A stretch of DNA of 64,000 nt. It comes from Eledone cirrhosa (Eukaryota). Of the stretch, positions 41,605 through 55,580 are shown in pieces. The notes under the pieces are model-generated. The model was not told the origin of the DNA and did no database searches. It saw only the letters and a program-made list of their open reading frames with translations. The position numbers and the translations under genes were made by a program. The stretch is from positions 171,554,001-171,618,000 of the forward strand of contig OZ024742.1 of assembly GCA_964016885.1 (NCBI GenBank), read 5' to 3'. Numbering within the stretch: the first letter of the stretch is position 1; every line of letters starts with the position of its first letter.

Positions 41605-41715
41605 TGAGTTAAAATCCCGTCGAGGTTAACTTTGCCTGTCATTCTTACAGGGTCGATAAAATGAAGTACCAGTAATGTACTGGGTGTTTGCTGGCCTTGT
41701 GCCAAAAGTAGAAAC

Positions 41716-41718
<3 letters not shown>
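41605..41718 (+). mobile_element. SINE family 1, 3' part
   Basis: Match to the consensus core and tail. Confidence 0.8.
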
Positions 41719-41753
<35 letters not shown>

Positions 41754-41756
41754 ATA

Positions 41757-42110
41757 TAAATTTAGCGAGAATCGCATTTCGGCGAGTAGAAATTAGCGAA
41801 ACGCAACTTCCGATTTGTGTTGGCAAGCGCTCAATAGATACGAAGATACCAGAGCAATAAACATAAGTTAAAAAGGCCATGCAAACTAAGACGATGTTTA
41901 AGAAGCCATTAACCACCTAAGCCTAAAAAGCGAGCAAGCTAAGCGGGTCAAACAAAATAAGATATGATTGAAATATATACCCGGACCCGCCGGAGATGAT
42001 GGTAAAATCCGATATAGGGTTTCTGTGACACCTAAATCAATAATACTGTCTGCTTAAAAAAATAATAAGCTTTTGGTATAATGATCGAACAAGGATATCA
42101 TTTTCTCAAT
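41757..42110 (-). mobile_element. (TA)n-flanked interspersed repeat, probably a PLE terminus
   Basis: Its left end recurs at 10599-10643; bounded by (TA)n on both sides. Confidence 0.5.
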
Positions 42111-42130
42111 ATATATATATATATATATAT

Positions 42131-42343
42131 CGCCGTATTTTGACTAAAGAAATTATTTAGCCTGATAGTGGGGTTAAGAACACTCGGAGAAATGGAAAAA
42201 GATGAGTATTGTGGTACATGGGAGTCGAACCCACATCTTTAGTTATCCGGACCACTGTGCTACCATTTACATCAGCACATCAGCCGTCTCTTTCCATTCA
42301 AATTAGAAGCTATAAACTTAGCGAGTGGGTTTGAAATTATTAG
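42131..42343 (-). mobile_element. Repeat unit containing a tRNA-like module (42211-42278)
   Basis: Minus strand GTGCTGATGTAAATGGTAGCACAGTGGTCCGGATAACTAAAGATGTGGGTTCGACTCCCATGTACCAC has D-arm- and T-arm-like boxes; second, permuted copy at 54150-54306. Confidence 0.65.
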
Positions 42344-42802
42344 CAAGTGACTAGGTACCAAAAAGGATTAATATATTTAAAAATAAATATAGAAAGCAAC
42401 CAAATAATAAAAATGCACCTGATAACGTTACATGCCTGTCACACATTATTTTTGTTTAGAAGTAAAGCAGTTAATCCATTCAGACTCTGAAATACATGCA
42501 TATTCTTCAAAATGACATAAAATCTTTGGCTATACTGATAAATGTTTAATTAACAAACGTTACAAAGTAATACTAGAGATAATTAAACAAAATATTATCA
42601 GATAAATGAGACATATGACAGGTCCAATTTGCTATATTGTCAGATATCAGGAAAACAAAATAATTATACTCATTTCTTAAATAGTAATCTGCAAGAAAGT
42701 AAAAATATGAAGGCAACAGAGAAATAACGCTAGATACTGACAACAAAATGAATTAGGCGTAAATAGGCAATTTACGGTAATAGTGAAATATTAGTAGTAA
42801 TG

Positions 42803-43192
42803 ATTTCTGAATTAGGCACAAAACCAGCAATTTCAGGGGAGGAGAAAGTCGATTAGATATCTAGTTCATTACTGAGACTATATTTTATCGATACCGTAAG
42901 GATGAAAGGCAAAGATATCCTCACTGGGATTTGAACTCAGAACGTGAAGGCCTCAAAGCATGTGCCCAATGCATTAACGATTTTCTCAGTCCACCACCCT
43001 AGCAATTTTGGGGGAGGGGACATTCGATTAAATCGACTCCAGTGCGTGACTGGTACTTTATTGTATCGACCCCGTAAGAATGAAAGGCAAAGTTAACCTC
43101 GGCAGGATTTGAATTCATATCATAAAGGGCCGTAACTCTATGCTGCAAAGCATGGCGTCCGACCCTCTACCGATACTGCCCCCCCCCCACCA
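42803..43192 (-). mobile_element. Two tandem SINE family 1 copies (diverged 42803-43000; younger 43000-43192)
   Basis: ATCGA..CCGTAAG.ATGAAAGGCAAAG...GGATTTGAA.TCA occurs twice. Confidence 0.8.
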
Positions 43193-43244
43193 CTCTAATA
43201 ATAATAATGATAACAGATGCTTATTAACAGACTTGTCGGACCAT

Positions 43245-43500
43245 ACAGTAAATCTGTATGTCGGACTGACAGGAATACTTTTTAAAGCGAGATTCAAACT
43301 GCATACACATGGCATTATATTTCAAAATGACAGTGAATTAATGTCCTTTTCAAAACGTATTCGGTTCGTAAAAGACATACGAGAAAGCAATTCGGTGAAG
43401 AAAATGGAGTATTTCTCAAACGTAACGACATATAACGGTTGTGGTATTCACTATCAATTAGGTGTCATTGAAAACAAACCATTATTTTTAATGTACATCG
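43245..43500 (+). mobile_element. Naiad-type GIY-YIG endonuclease remnant
   Basis: VNLYVGLTGILFKARFKLH...MSFSKRIRFVKD...TTYNGCGIHYQLGVIENK parallels YVG...F.ER...H...LA..VW.LKD...Y.....CDLC..E of the element at 26200-26450. Confidence 0.55.
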
Positions 43501-44117
43501 TTACATCTTGAGGTGGAGCCGAGAAACATTTTCGTCATGCCTCTATACAAGGAACTATAAGTTTGATACATTGAAGCATATTCCTGTACCAGTAGAATGT
43601 GTAATACAAACACGGTGAAGGCTATGTCTGCAGTCTGGCTATGTGGTAGTTAGATAATTCACATATAAAATCAGATTAAAATTTAAGAAAAATAAAACCT
43701 CTTTCCTATGAACTAGCATTTTGCCCCACTTTTAAGACGCATTGTTAGACAAGCGTTATCGAGAGAACCATCATATTAAACCAAGTCAAGCGACTGACAA
43801 ATATTTCCCTTTCAAGTTGGGAATTACCACCTCATCTATATAAGTTAGAAAATGCGACAGTGGGGAACCAACATGACCAACATGACCATCGATACACAGC
43901 GTCTTTCATTGTAGACGAAAATGGTTGTCTGATTCATCGAATATCCATGAAACTTAAAGTAACGGTAGACGCTGCCAAACGAATAAATGTAATTATACTC
44001 TACATCATATATTGTGTATTTTTCACTCATCAGATATAATACAATATAGTATAATATAATATAATATGATATAATATGATATAATATATATATGTATATA
44101 TATATGTATATATATTA

Positions 44118-44151
<34 letters not shown>

Positions 44152-45369
44152 TTGTGTGTGTATCTTATGTAATATTGATTCTTAAATATTCTTCGTTTAC
44201 TTTACAGCATCACACACACATGGTTGACAGTGTGTATGTATTTATTTAATTTTTAAAAGCATTAACGTTTACGTATATTTAGTACACCCATAAGAAGAGA
44301 TAGACATGTAGGAGGTGTATAACTGTCTGTTTGTCTGTGTATGTGTGTATGAGAGTGAGTGTGTATGTGTCTATGTCTAGAATTGCTCCGAGGGAATTGA
44401 TCGTACACTCTAACAAAATATTTAAATAACTTCATGAGAAATGAGAAAGAAGAAACAAAAAATGGTAAAAATAATTCGGATGTTGTTAGAATTAGAGTTT
44501 AAATCGATATTTGTAAAGATTCAAATGCAATAGACGCTATTGGTAAATGGTAAGTGCTGTCAGCAGAGATTCATTACAATTGATCGATTTTCTAGTGGCG
44601 AGCGTGGAGTAAACTTCTCCATCAGAAAGCAAAGATGAAATATTATATATCTATAGCTTTTTTTCCTATTAAGGCGTTTCTTTATTTTTGTTTTATTTTC
44701 ATGGAATTTTTTCCCCTACAATAAAAAAATATAAAATATATATAATATGAAGAAACATTTTCATTTCTGACAAGTTGACATCTTAGACAGGTTAAATGTT
44801 AATTCAAAATCGAATTCTATAAAAGCAATGCCTACACACACACTTATATGAGTCTACATTTAGGTTTGCGGTGTGGATTATTGTTCTTAACTTTCTTGGG
44901 TATTGCCCCGTCAAACGATATTGCCATGATTCCTGAAAGAGTGGGTAGTCTCGTCATAGTCATTCACCTTAATTTGAGCGTGGCCGGATAATGTTCAAAG
45001 CCTTCATACTAAGACATTGTGGCTCCTATGGCTGGAAGTGTTTTGACAAACGTTTATCTGCCATAATGACAAGACGAATCACTGCGTTTTAATTTCTCTC
45101 ATACCCTTGTTTAGCGTTGCTATCATTTTCGTTATCTAGATTTCTAGAAGTAATTAACTGGAATTATATAACGAGCGCTTTTACAAGGAATCAATCGTAC
45201 AAGCTTTAGAAACCACATTGCACTCAAATCATTTCTGCTATCTTGAAAATGTAAAGAATACAATGGATTTCGTATTCCTGGATACACCGAAAATTTTGAG
45301 ATATTTCAGGTCTCAAACTTCAGTTATGGCATCATGACCCCCTCTGTTTCTGTCTGATGCAGTTTATCT

Positions 45370-45900
45370 ATGATATTTAAGGAAACATATACAGTTGATG
45401 TGAAATAGTTGTGATATAATGATGATATGAGATACGAGTTTGATTTTCGTAGTGGTCTAATAGCACAGACCCAAACCATGGCCAGATTTTAAAGTTTATG
45501 CCAATATCATTTAAGAAATGTTGATCGAATATTTTCAACAACATACAAGACTTGTAGCACTCATGAGTGTAGAGTTTGAGATTTACAAGTCGACACCAAT
45601 ACTCAAGGCTTGTCATACGGTCTATCATTTTCGCAATTGATCTCTGGGATGTTTCAATTTTCATAAAGTTTTATTTCCTGGATGGACACCACAGTGGACA
45701 ACTGTATTTGTGGTGGGCCGGGTAAAGGTAAAGATGAGAAAGATGATGTTGTGGATAATACTCGAACGAAAGGTTCTGAGAAAATGGGAGCACATGCTGC
45801 GGGTCATGTCAACTTTGATGTTTATGTGTGAATTCCAGATTAAGTTCCTACAAAGAACTACATCAATGTATCTGTTCTTGATGCATGCCACGGGGGATTC
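45370..45900 (-). mobile_element. CR1-group LINE ORF2 C-terminal fragment
   Basis: NLIWNSHINIKV...FLRTFRS and IETSQRSIAKMIDRMTSLEYWCRLVNLKLY...NDIGINFK. Confidence 0.7.
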
Positions 45901-45980
45901 ACCTGAGGAAGTGAATATGCTAACTTCAATACACTTCTTTTACAAATGAATGTACCTACATACACAGACACACGAGCATG

Positions 45981-46132
<152 letters not shown>

Positions 46133-47112
46133 GACGGGAGTAACTTCCTTTTCAAATAGCACGCAAACTCTATCTTTGTTGTATATCCCGCCATTGCCCC
46201 CCCTTCATTTCCCCACTGCTGCTACTGTTACTTCCGCCTACTGTTGCGGCTGCTCCTTCTCGAAAAGCAAACATCATTTCTTTCACAAATTGCAGCTTGA
46301 AGCGGACGTACCCCATTGCTCTCCCATTCCTCTATTCTAGCATTTGAACAACATATTTGATTCCGGTTGCACGGACAATACTTCTGAACATAGTCTAGAC
46401 ATACTCTTTCCCTCACGCAAGAAACTATGTTACAGTATTGTAAAATATTGAGGAAAGCTTACGATTCTAATACCTCTAAGTTCATTTTTCTTGTACTCTA
46501 TTCTCTCCATATTTCTATCCATATCTTCATTTTTCTCCACAAGTCCTGCTCCATCGTTTTCACCACCATTTTCTCCTCTCCTCCTCTTTCCTTTTCTTTC
46601 TCTCTATAACCTTCTCCTTTCTAATCTCATAATTTGAATCCCTTTCTCCCCTTCTCTCAGACTCTCTGTTCGATTTGTTGTTATATCTTAATCCCATACA
46701 AGATTTTTACTATGCAAATAGTCTCCAGCAGTTACGGTCACCTTTCGCGCTGAGAATACTCCAATTTTAAGAATATTCATATACACTCATTTACAATGGA
46801 AATACAACAGCGGAGAAGTGGCTAGCTGTTATACAACGACCGTGTTTACTTCAAGAACAGCGTAAAGACGAACCTGATATCAGGACATCAATAACTTACA
46901 GTTTGGTAAATATGAAAATATATAATTCAGGACGTGAAGTTAAATAAGATCTGAGTGGAAAGCTTTCCAATTCTTCACTATTATTGTCAACCCAGATAAT
47001 AAACATCAATATCTATATCTGTCAATCCACCAAGTTAAATCTCTACCTATTTACCTACACATCTACTTACGTGTCTCTGCGTATATCTATTCATCTACCT
47101 ACTTATAAACAA

Positions 47113-47187
<75 letters not shown>

Positions 47188-47196
47188 CATACATAT

Positions 47197-47268
<72 letters not shown>

Positions 47269-47299
47269 TTATATATATCTATGTATGTATATATATATA

Positions 47300-47330
<31 letters not shown>

Positions 47331-47372
47331 AATATACTCATATATATATACACACACTCACATATGTATATA

Positions 47373-47413
<41 letters not shown>

Positions 47414-47859
47414 TGTATATATATATGTGTATATTTTTGTATATAAATTTGTTTGTGTGAGTGTTTTACGCAAAGGACAATGTATCTTCTTTCAAAATAG
47501 ACAGAACTGAACGTCGTTGTTGTTAGTAAAATCTCTTATCGACGTTTCTTGCTTTTTTTTATACATTTTTACTTTTCAAGTTTATTGATTTTCTTTCATT
47601 GTTGCACAGCATCGTATCTGGTGCTTTGTAGATGTCTGAGGTATGTGACCCAGCTGACATGTTGAGTTCTTGTTTTTATTTCATCTTCCCCACCCCAACA
47701 CATTCATACCCAACCCTCATACTGTTCCCCACCCGTCACCCTCACCTCTATTAGTGTAACCATTGACAACGTACTCTGAAATGTCAGAAATTGTGGTAAT
47801 GTGTTGTATATTGCACGTCGATTGGGTCCAATGACGTGTGTTCGAGACACTATCAGACG

Positions 47860-49080
47860 TCTTAAGGCAAAGACTCTGTGCCGATGATTGTGACTCAGTG
47901 GCCCACACGGAAGATGTTATGCAACATCTGATGGATGCTTTCAAGAACGTTTGTACTAAGTTGGGGCTGACAATACGTTTTCAAGAAGAACGTATTGATG
48001 GGGCAATATGCGCATGGCAAGCAGTAGAGAGAAAATCATACTTTGAGCATTGAAAGTGTATTTGTGTCGTAGAAAAGTTTGTTTACCTTGGAAGCACAGA
48101 AAACAGTTCTTGTAACCAGGATAATGGGATGAATCTCAGGATTGAGAAAGCAAGTCATCCCTTTGGCAGCCGTGAGGCGCGCCTATGTTCCCAATATCGT
48201 ATCACACTGCTGATGAAAATAAATGTGTACAAATTTGCGTTCTAAGGTCCTTACTGTACATTTAAGATGCATGGTGATTTACAGGTTTCACTAGAATCAG
48301 CTTGTAAAGTTTCACCTAATGAATTTCAGAATGATTGCTGTAAATGACTTGTGACACCTCGTAAATATCACCAAATATCGTGAGAGAATGTACTGTGACA
48401 TCAGCGATTCTCTGGCTCTATAAAATAGTCAGATGCGCATGAATGACAGCTGGCTTCCCAAGAGGAGGTGAAAAGCGAAACCTAGGAAGAGATATAAGGG
48501 GGTTTTAAAGAGTCACTTATACATGCTAAGATTGATATTGAAACTTGGAAAACTCATGCCTCTGATAGAAATATATGGAAAAATATGCTTTATCATGGAA
48601 ACACTGTTTTTGACTCATCTCAATTTCAACATAAGGTATTTAAAATGGATGCCAGAACTGGTCTTGTCGAGTTATTACAAATAGCTGGTTATATCCATAA
48701 TTTAACATGTAAATTCTGTCACAAATTCTGCTTTAACAAGGCTGGTATGAATGTCATCTTGGCAGTCATGGATATAGAACTGATGGGATTACCAAATTTC
48801 CGTGACCGAAGACACAACATTCAGATGCAGTGCATGTGGCAAATAATGCAGTTGAGCTGACAACCTAAAAAGGCACATTAAATTGCATAAAGAGTCGCAA
48901 GACCAATAATGTTGCAAGACCAATAAAGTTATAACTAGATTGTTGAACAAATGCCAACACTGGAAAACACATCAAATCATTTGGCAGGTCTGAAAATTTA
49001 TATTTGTTCGCAACACCTACTGGACTCAAACTGATAACGTTTGATAGCCTTACTCGATCACAGAGTGGCTGTCTTCATAT
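47860..49080 (+). mobile_element. RTE-clade LINE, decayed 3' part (RT catalytic motif to C-terminal zinc fingers)
   Basis: LCADDCDSVAHTEDVMQHLMDAFKNVCTKLGLTI (cf. LFADDCAL.AH.E..LQ.LMD.F...C..FGLTI), VVEKFVYLGST, CKFCHKFCFNKAG, LKRHIKLH. Confidence 0.8.
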
Positions 49081-50439
49081 ATGGATTTATGTAGGCATGC
49101 AAACTATTAGGTACGTAGCTATGTAAGTATGTATATATATATATATATATATACGTAAGTATGTATGTATGTGTGTTGTTGGCTACATCTCATAACCTAA
49201 TAGTTCAACGAGATAAGTGATAGAATAAGTACCAAACATATATATTTCTTCATAAAGGGGTCAATATCATCGAATACGCCAAAGCCGCTTCCAGCATTGC
49301 TCCAGGCAAAGGAATAAACTAGAAAAAGTATTAAAAACATAGAACTAAGCCCAGCAACTATGAATATGGACACTGTTTCGCTTCTACAAGGTAACTCGAC
49401 TTGCATCAAAAAGCAGCCAAAAACATTTAAAACCACACTCAACCAACGTATAAAGGATGCGTTGAAAAGTATAGCTTTTGCTACAATATGTTTGAAAAGA
49501 CACATATGTTATGTTCACGATTGTCTTTACAAAGATTTGCCTAAGAAAATATTTCCTCGAGAACAAATGTCCTTTAATATAAATTTCTAGTGCATAGTCA
49601 ATCAAACACACGCCTCCTTTTGAATTCTCCTCATACATGAAAAGCCGCGACTAATTGGCCACAAAAGTGTACACCATGACAAGTGATATTAAATATTTAA
49701 TGATTCTATTAGTTATTGTTTCTATGATACAAGCTAAAAACAGTATTGAATACTTGCTGCTAATTCAACCGTCTCGACTTGTTGAAATGACATTCCATAC
49801 GGTGTTACCTTCATGGAAAATAATTCAAAGTCTATACATGCCCCACCCCCCACACACACACAAACACACATACATACACAAACAGAGGCGCACACATATA
49901 CACACATACACATACATTAACGAATTTTCAAGTAACAAAATGTGCTTCAGCGGTTCCTTGCGTATTTCATCTCATTAACAGCTCAAGGAAATCTACCATC
50001 TCATGTACATCGTAAAACATCTGGTGGACGTTGCCCCGGGGTCTTGGCAGGAAGAATTTCGAATCCCTAAAACAGGAAGATAGCGAAGAATGTGCTTTGA
50101 AACAGTCAGTCTAAATAGAGGTGCTAGTTCTTGTGAATAATATGTTCTTCCCAATCAAAATATGTAATGAGATATGTAATGTATAGAGATACAGGCCTTG
50201 AGTTGAATATATCAGGGAAAGGTCTTCATATTGTATACTGTCGTAATTCGTGGGTTCGGCGAAGGGAAATAGATAAAGTACCTAACTTGAAATAAAGAAT
50301 TGGAAGCTTCCATATGATTGACTAAAGTACCGCCGAGGGGGTGTCTCAACATAGCCGCATTCGCACGAATGAAATCAATAGAAGGATAACAGAAGGATAA
50401 CAACATTTTGTAAAACATTTTGCAACGCTTAAGTATATA

Positions 50440-51019
50440 CAAGGTGTCCCCCAAAAATTGACATCATTTTAAAAGCAAATATCCCGAAAACTATTAAGTC
50501 TAGGTCAATGAAATTGAACAGTTTAGGTCTTGAACATCATCATTTTATTCACTCAAATTCTGCGACCGATTTCACAAGTGTTCAATATGTGCACTGCTTG
50601 TGACACGGCCCACATCAAGTCGGTAGTCAAGCTCTGGCAAAACACGTTGCAGCATGTCTCCAGTAACATTATCCAGTGCGGAAGTAATTCTCTGCTTGAG
50701 TTCATCAATGTTAACAGGAAGGGGGGGGGGAGGCATAGACCAGTCCCTTCACATATCTCCATAAAAAGAAATCATACGGGGACAGGTCCGGTGATCGCGA
50801 CGGCCATTTCATCAGCAAACTGTCTTCATCTCCACCCTACCCCCGATCCATCTCTCTGGCAGATTCTCATTGAGATAAGCACGTACTGTCTTCTTCAAAA
50901 CATTAAATATAAAATATTGCTCTGTTTCTGTACATTCTGTGAAAATTTGAGGTTATTTCAACAAGAATTGCAGAAATTATTGGCCTGCGAAATGATGTCA
51001 AATTTTTTGGGACACCCTG
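50440..51019 (-). mobile_element. Internally deleted Tc1/mariner DNA transposon (maT/rosa-like) with TIRs and TA target duplication
   Basis: TIRs CAAGGTGTCCCCCAAAAATTGACATCATTT / AAATGATGTCAAATTTTTTGGGACACCCTG with flanking TA; minus strand encodes KWPSRSPDLSPYDFFLWRYVKG. Confidence 0.9.
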
Positions 51020-51021
51020 TA

Positions 51022-53157
51022 TATATAGGAATCTTATGTAACAGCATACTAGATAGGATCGTATCATCATTAAAGCTGAGGACCCAACTTAAACTATCGA
51101 ATGGAACCAATGAGGTTATTGAATGGTTCACCGAACTAGAAAACAAAATTGGGACTAAATTTATACAATTGGACATATCAAGCTACTAATCATCAATTTC
51201 ACCAACACTACTCAATAAGGCCCTGATAGACACAATGAAGTATACGGATCTTACTATTGAAGAAGCTAAGATTATTCTAACGACCAGAAAAGCGATAATA
51301 GATTTCAACAGGGAATTATGGACTCGAGAAGACAGACCTGAAAACTTCAAAGTCACTATGGGATCTACAGACTCAACTCAGGTTACGGACCTTATGGGCG
51401 TTTACATCTTACACCTAATTAAAAGAAGGATACCGCGACTGGCGCCGGTTTGTCCTGCGATGACGCTCTTTTCACTTTAATTAACCATAACAATAGTTCC
51501 CTAAATAAGAAATAACAATAGAATAGCCAACTTCCTCGACATATCGCTAAACCTTAATTCTAGCCTATACTACCCATAACATAAATTAAATGAAAACCTT
51601 AATTATGTTAGCTATTCCACAAACCACGTTAGAATCGTTCAGAAGGCCATAGTCAAAAGTGTAGAACAGAGAATCTCTAGACCCTCAGCTAACAAGGAAA
51701 TCTTTCATGTCAAAGCTAGATACTATAATAATGCATTAGCTAGAGCATGTTACCAGGACAAAATTGAGTACATGCATATAGATAGAAACAATTACACACC
51801 CACTCATAGACACAAACAAACCATAGGCATTAACACTAACATACACACAATTAACGGTAATGGAAATAGTAGGAGTACTCGAACTCCAAACAATAGAAAC
51901 GGGACAAACCCGGCTCCAAATAGATATAGCTCAAATACCACACAATTAAACTTTCTTACTCGACTATCAAAAGTATAGCCCAGAATATAGCGGAAATTAA
52001 CAATAGAAATCTGGGAATTAAACATAAGGAGATAACTCACAATAGTAATCACAGAAACATTGATAGAGTAAACAGCAACTCGAATAACAGGGATAATACC
52101 ATTAACGTCAATGAGATAAACCAATGAGTACACAGACACAGGGAGGAAATATCAATCGTAACGTAAATAATTGCAATTGCAGATCAGAAATAGTAATAGT
52201 TACCCAATGAAAAATAACTGTTTAGAGAAAAATATTGTTTCTGAATGTGAAGTAAAACCTAGTAGTAAGACTTATAGTTATATTGGTGCAACTTCAACTA
52301 GATTTAAGGAAAGGTGGTCAACCATTGTATTCCTTTAAAAGAGCTGATAGAAAATCTAGCACGGCCCTGTCGGAACTGATTTGGTCGCTAAAAGAATAAA
52401 CTAGTGAAAAATTCCCTTTCCTGGTCACATGCCTTTACATATATAAATGGATCTATATCTAGTGGGTGTGACCTCTGCACTATACAGACTCTTCACATCA
52501 TAAATAGTAGACATAGAATCATTAATAAACCCTCTCAAATTTGTAAATACTTGTTTACACAAAATTAATAAGACATTTCGTAGAATATATAGTTAAAACT
52601 TAAATTATGTTAAATAGATCACCAAATAATTCATTCAACATTCATTAATATATAGATACATTATAACATCAGCATCAAAGTACAAATATCTAAAATTAGA
52701 ATTAGTATATAAGTGAATAGAACCAAGCGTATAGAAAAAAAAATCGAGATAACAGTTCATTCATGCCTCACTAAGAATCAAGAACCAATCTGGTATCTTG
52801 ATACCCTAGCCAGTTCACAAGCAGCAACGCCAATTGGGAATATCTATCTCCCACACGTATAAGAACTGCTACTTGAAAAATTCGGACATATACTTACTGG
52901 CCGACGAAGGAAATAACACGTATGACCGGTAACATATCAATGGATATTTACATCTCGTTTTGGATTTTGTCTGAAGAGAACACGTATGGCAGCTGCTATA
53001 CAAGCGGCATACGTCTTTGCAATACGTATAACAAAATAAATTGGGATGTACAAATGAAACCGTCTTTCCTGTTTCTTATCATAATGAAACTCCGGATAAA
53101 CACACAGTGGAGTGCTTTATGTCAGTCAGCCAACCTTCTTCAATTGAATATGTAAAC
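51022..53157 (+). mobile_element. Second 5'-truncated, decayed Naiad-type Penelope-like element
   Basis: ILDRIV..EVIEWF..KFIQLDISSY*SSIS..LLNKAL, FKVTMGSTDSTQVTDLMG, NCNCR, YSYIGATSTRFKERW, STALSELIWSLK, GCDLC; 3' UTR with HHR; ends in (TA)n. Confidence 0.85.
52949..53050 (+). ncRNA. Type I hammerhead in the PLE 3' UTR with one core mutation (GAAA>GCAA)
   Basis: Stem I TACATCTC..ATTTTGT/ACAAAAT..GGGATGTA, CTGAAGA 52971-52977, stem II ACGTATG..CATACGT, GCAA 53019-53022, palindromic TACGTA, then TA. Confidence 0.7.
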
Positions 53158-53207
53158 ATATATATATACACACACATATGTATATATATGCATACACACA
53201 CACATAC

Positions 53208-53249
<42 letters not shown>

Positions 53250-53262
53250 TTAGATATATATG

Positions 53263-53302
<40 letters not shown>

Positions 53303-53377
53303 TACATGAATATATATATATATATATATGCATATGCAAACATATCTACAGACACAAATATATGCATACATATTATA

Positions 53378-53424
<47 letters not shown>

Positions 53425-53438
53425 GCACACACACATAC

Positions 53439-53474
<36 letters not shown>

Positions 53475-53507
53475 ACACACAAACACACCCACCCACACAC
53501 ACACACC

Positions 53508-53545
<38 letters not shown>

Positions 53546-53677
53546 GTAAGTTGAGAGAATATATCTCACACGAACAGAAACATCAAACCACACCTTGTAT
53601 ATACGTACATCATTTTATTAGATGAACAGAGAGGTCAAACATTGAAATATGTAACATCATCATCAACGTAGTTATTA

Positions 53678-53720
<43 letters not shown>

Positions 53721-53987
53721 GAATATCGTTTTTGTATTTGTAGCGTAGCAAATATTACAATTAGTTCTACACCAGCGATATTATAGAACGGTGGATGCTT
53801 ACATCTAGGCTGAGGTTTGAAACACCATGCCATGCTTCACCTCAGAGCAGTTATGCCTATATACTTCTATATACATTTGTTGGCGGAGCGGACAAATATC
53901 ACATTTTTCCCCTCAGTACACAAAAATACCGCTGAATGTATCGAGATATTTGCTTTTTATTATATTATGTTATGTTAGTGCGCATAG

Positions 53988-54043
<56 letters not shown>

Positions 54044-54149
54044 TATATATATATGTCTATATAAACACACATATAATAAACTCACGTATAATAAAATTAC
54101 ACATACATGTGCGTATATACATTAATATATGTTAAGAATATTTTCGAAA

Positions 54150-54306
54150 TAGCGAGTGGGTTTGAAATTATTAGAAATGTAAGCTATCGCCGTATGTTGA
54201 CTAAAGAAATTAAAGAAACTATTTAGCCTGATAGTGGGGTTAAGAACCCTCGGAGAAATGGAAAAAGATGAGTATTGACGTACATGTACGTCAACACTCA
54301 TCTTTT
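54150..54306 (-). mobile_element. Permuted second copy of the 42131-42343 unit, ending in a 44-nt hairpin
   Basis: 54150-54174 matches 42319-42343 and is followed by 54188-54277 matching 42131-42211; hairpin at 54263-54306. Confidence 0.75.
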
Positions 54307-54309
54307 AAT

Positions 54310-54377
<68 letters not shown>

Positions 54378-54449
54378 TGTATATGTGCATACGTTTATAC
54401 ATATATAGATAGATATTACTTATATGTACATATATATATATATATATGT

Positions 54450-54562
<113 letters not shown>

Positions 54563-54807
54563 TAAATGAATATACATTTATACATTGTTGCCCAAATGAG
54601 TGGAGCGAATGCGGAGGAAGGGAAGAAGAAAGACAATGTTAGAATGGAGAGAATAGTGTACTTTTGTGTAAATAACTCTGAATGTCTTGTCATGTTACTA
54701 AACTTGTGCACTAGTTTAATCAAATATACACGAAACTATATATATATATGATGTTTTTTTTTAAATATAAGGAACTGTTTATTTGTTTTTATTCATTGTT
54801 TTTATTA

Positions 54808-54850
<43 letters not shown>

Positions 54851-55020
54851 GTTATATATATTTGAATATAATATAACGTAAGACAGAACAGATGTCAGTA
54901 TAGCTGGATATAACTGCTTGCAGCAATTTACTACTAATTCTCGCGTGAGCAGAGGTTTCTTGCTAAATAAATTGCAATTATTGACGCAGGAATGACTGTG
55001 CAGTAGAAGAGCTTGACTCG

Positions 55021-55066
55021 CGACCACGTTGTTTCGACGTCACTCTAGCTGCGTGGCACCTTCGGA
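55021..55066 (-). ncRNA. Degenerate hammerhead-like motif
   Basis: Minus strand reads CCGAAGG-TGCCAC..GTGACGTC-GAAAC-AACGTG-GTC; two core substitutions and no clear stem I; about 170 nt from a (TA)n tract. Confidence 0.4.
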
Positions 55067-55496
55067 AAGTATCGTATGTTATAAAAGCCGATAAAAACTA
55101 TGCTACTGAGTAAAATTCAGTCAATGAAAATTGTTGAGGCCCCTTATATGTGTATGTATATATGTATATGTAAAGAGTTAATGCCTTGTTAGGTCTCGAA
55201 TATCCATGGTATTGGCACCTTGACATTTCCCATCCGTTGCACAAATTTGGGCAAGGTTGTTCATGGATGACCAGCAGTCGCCCATGCATAATGGTCTCTC
55301 CGTGCCCTGATGCTGTCCAATAGAAGAGGCATTGGTCAATAAAGCCTGGCATCAGTCACGTCGCGACTCATTTCTACAGATGAATGAACTGGTGTAACGT
55401 GAAATAAAGTGTCTTGTTCAATAACTCACCACACAGCCCAGTTCCAGAATCAAACGCATTTCACGATTTTAAACCCAACGCTCTAACAACTATCCC

Positions 55497-55580
<84 letters not shown>

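Noticed and set aside
42211-42278. Functional tRNA gene
   Set aside because: Acceptor and anticodon stems pair poorly and it sits within a repeated unit; treated as tRNA-derived.
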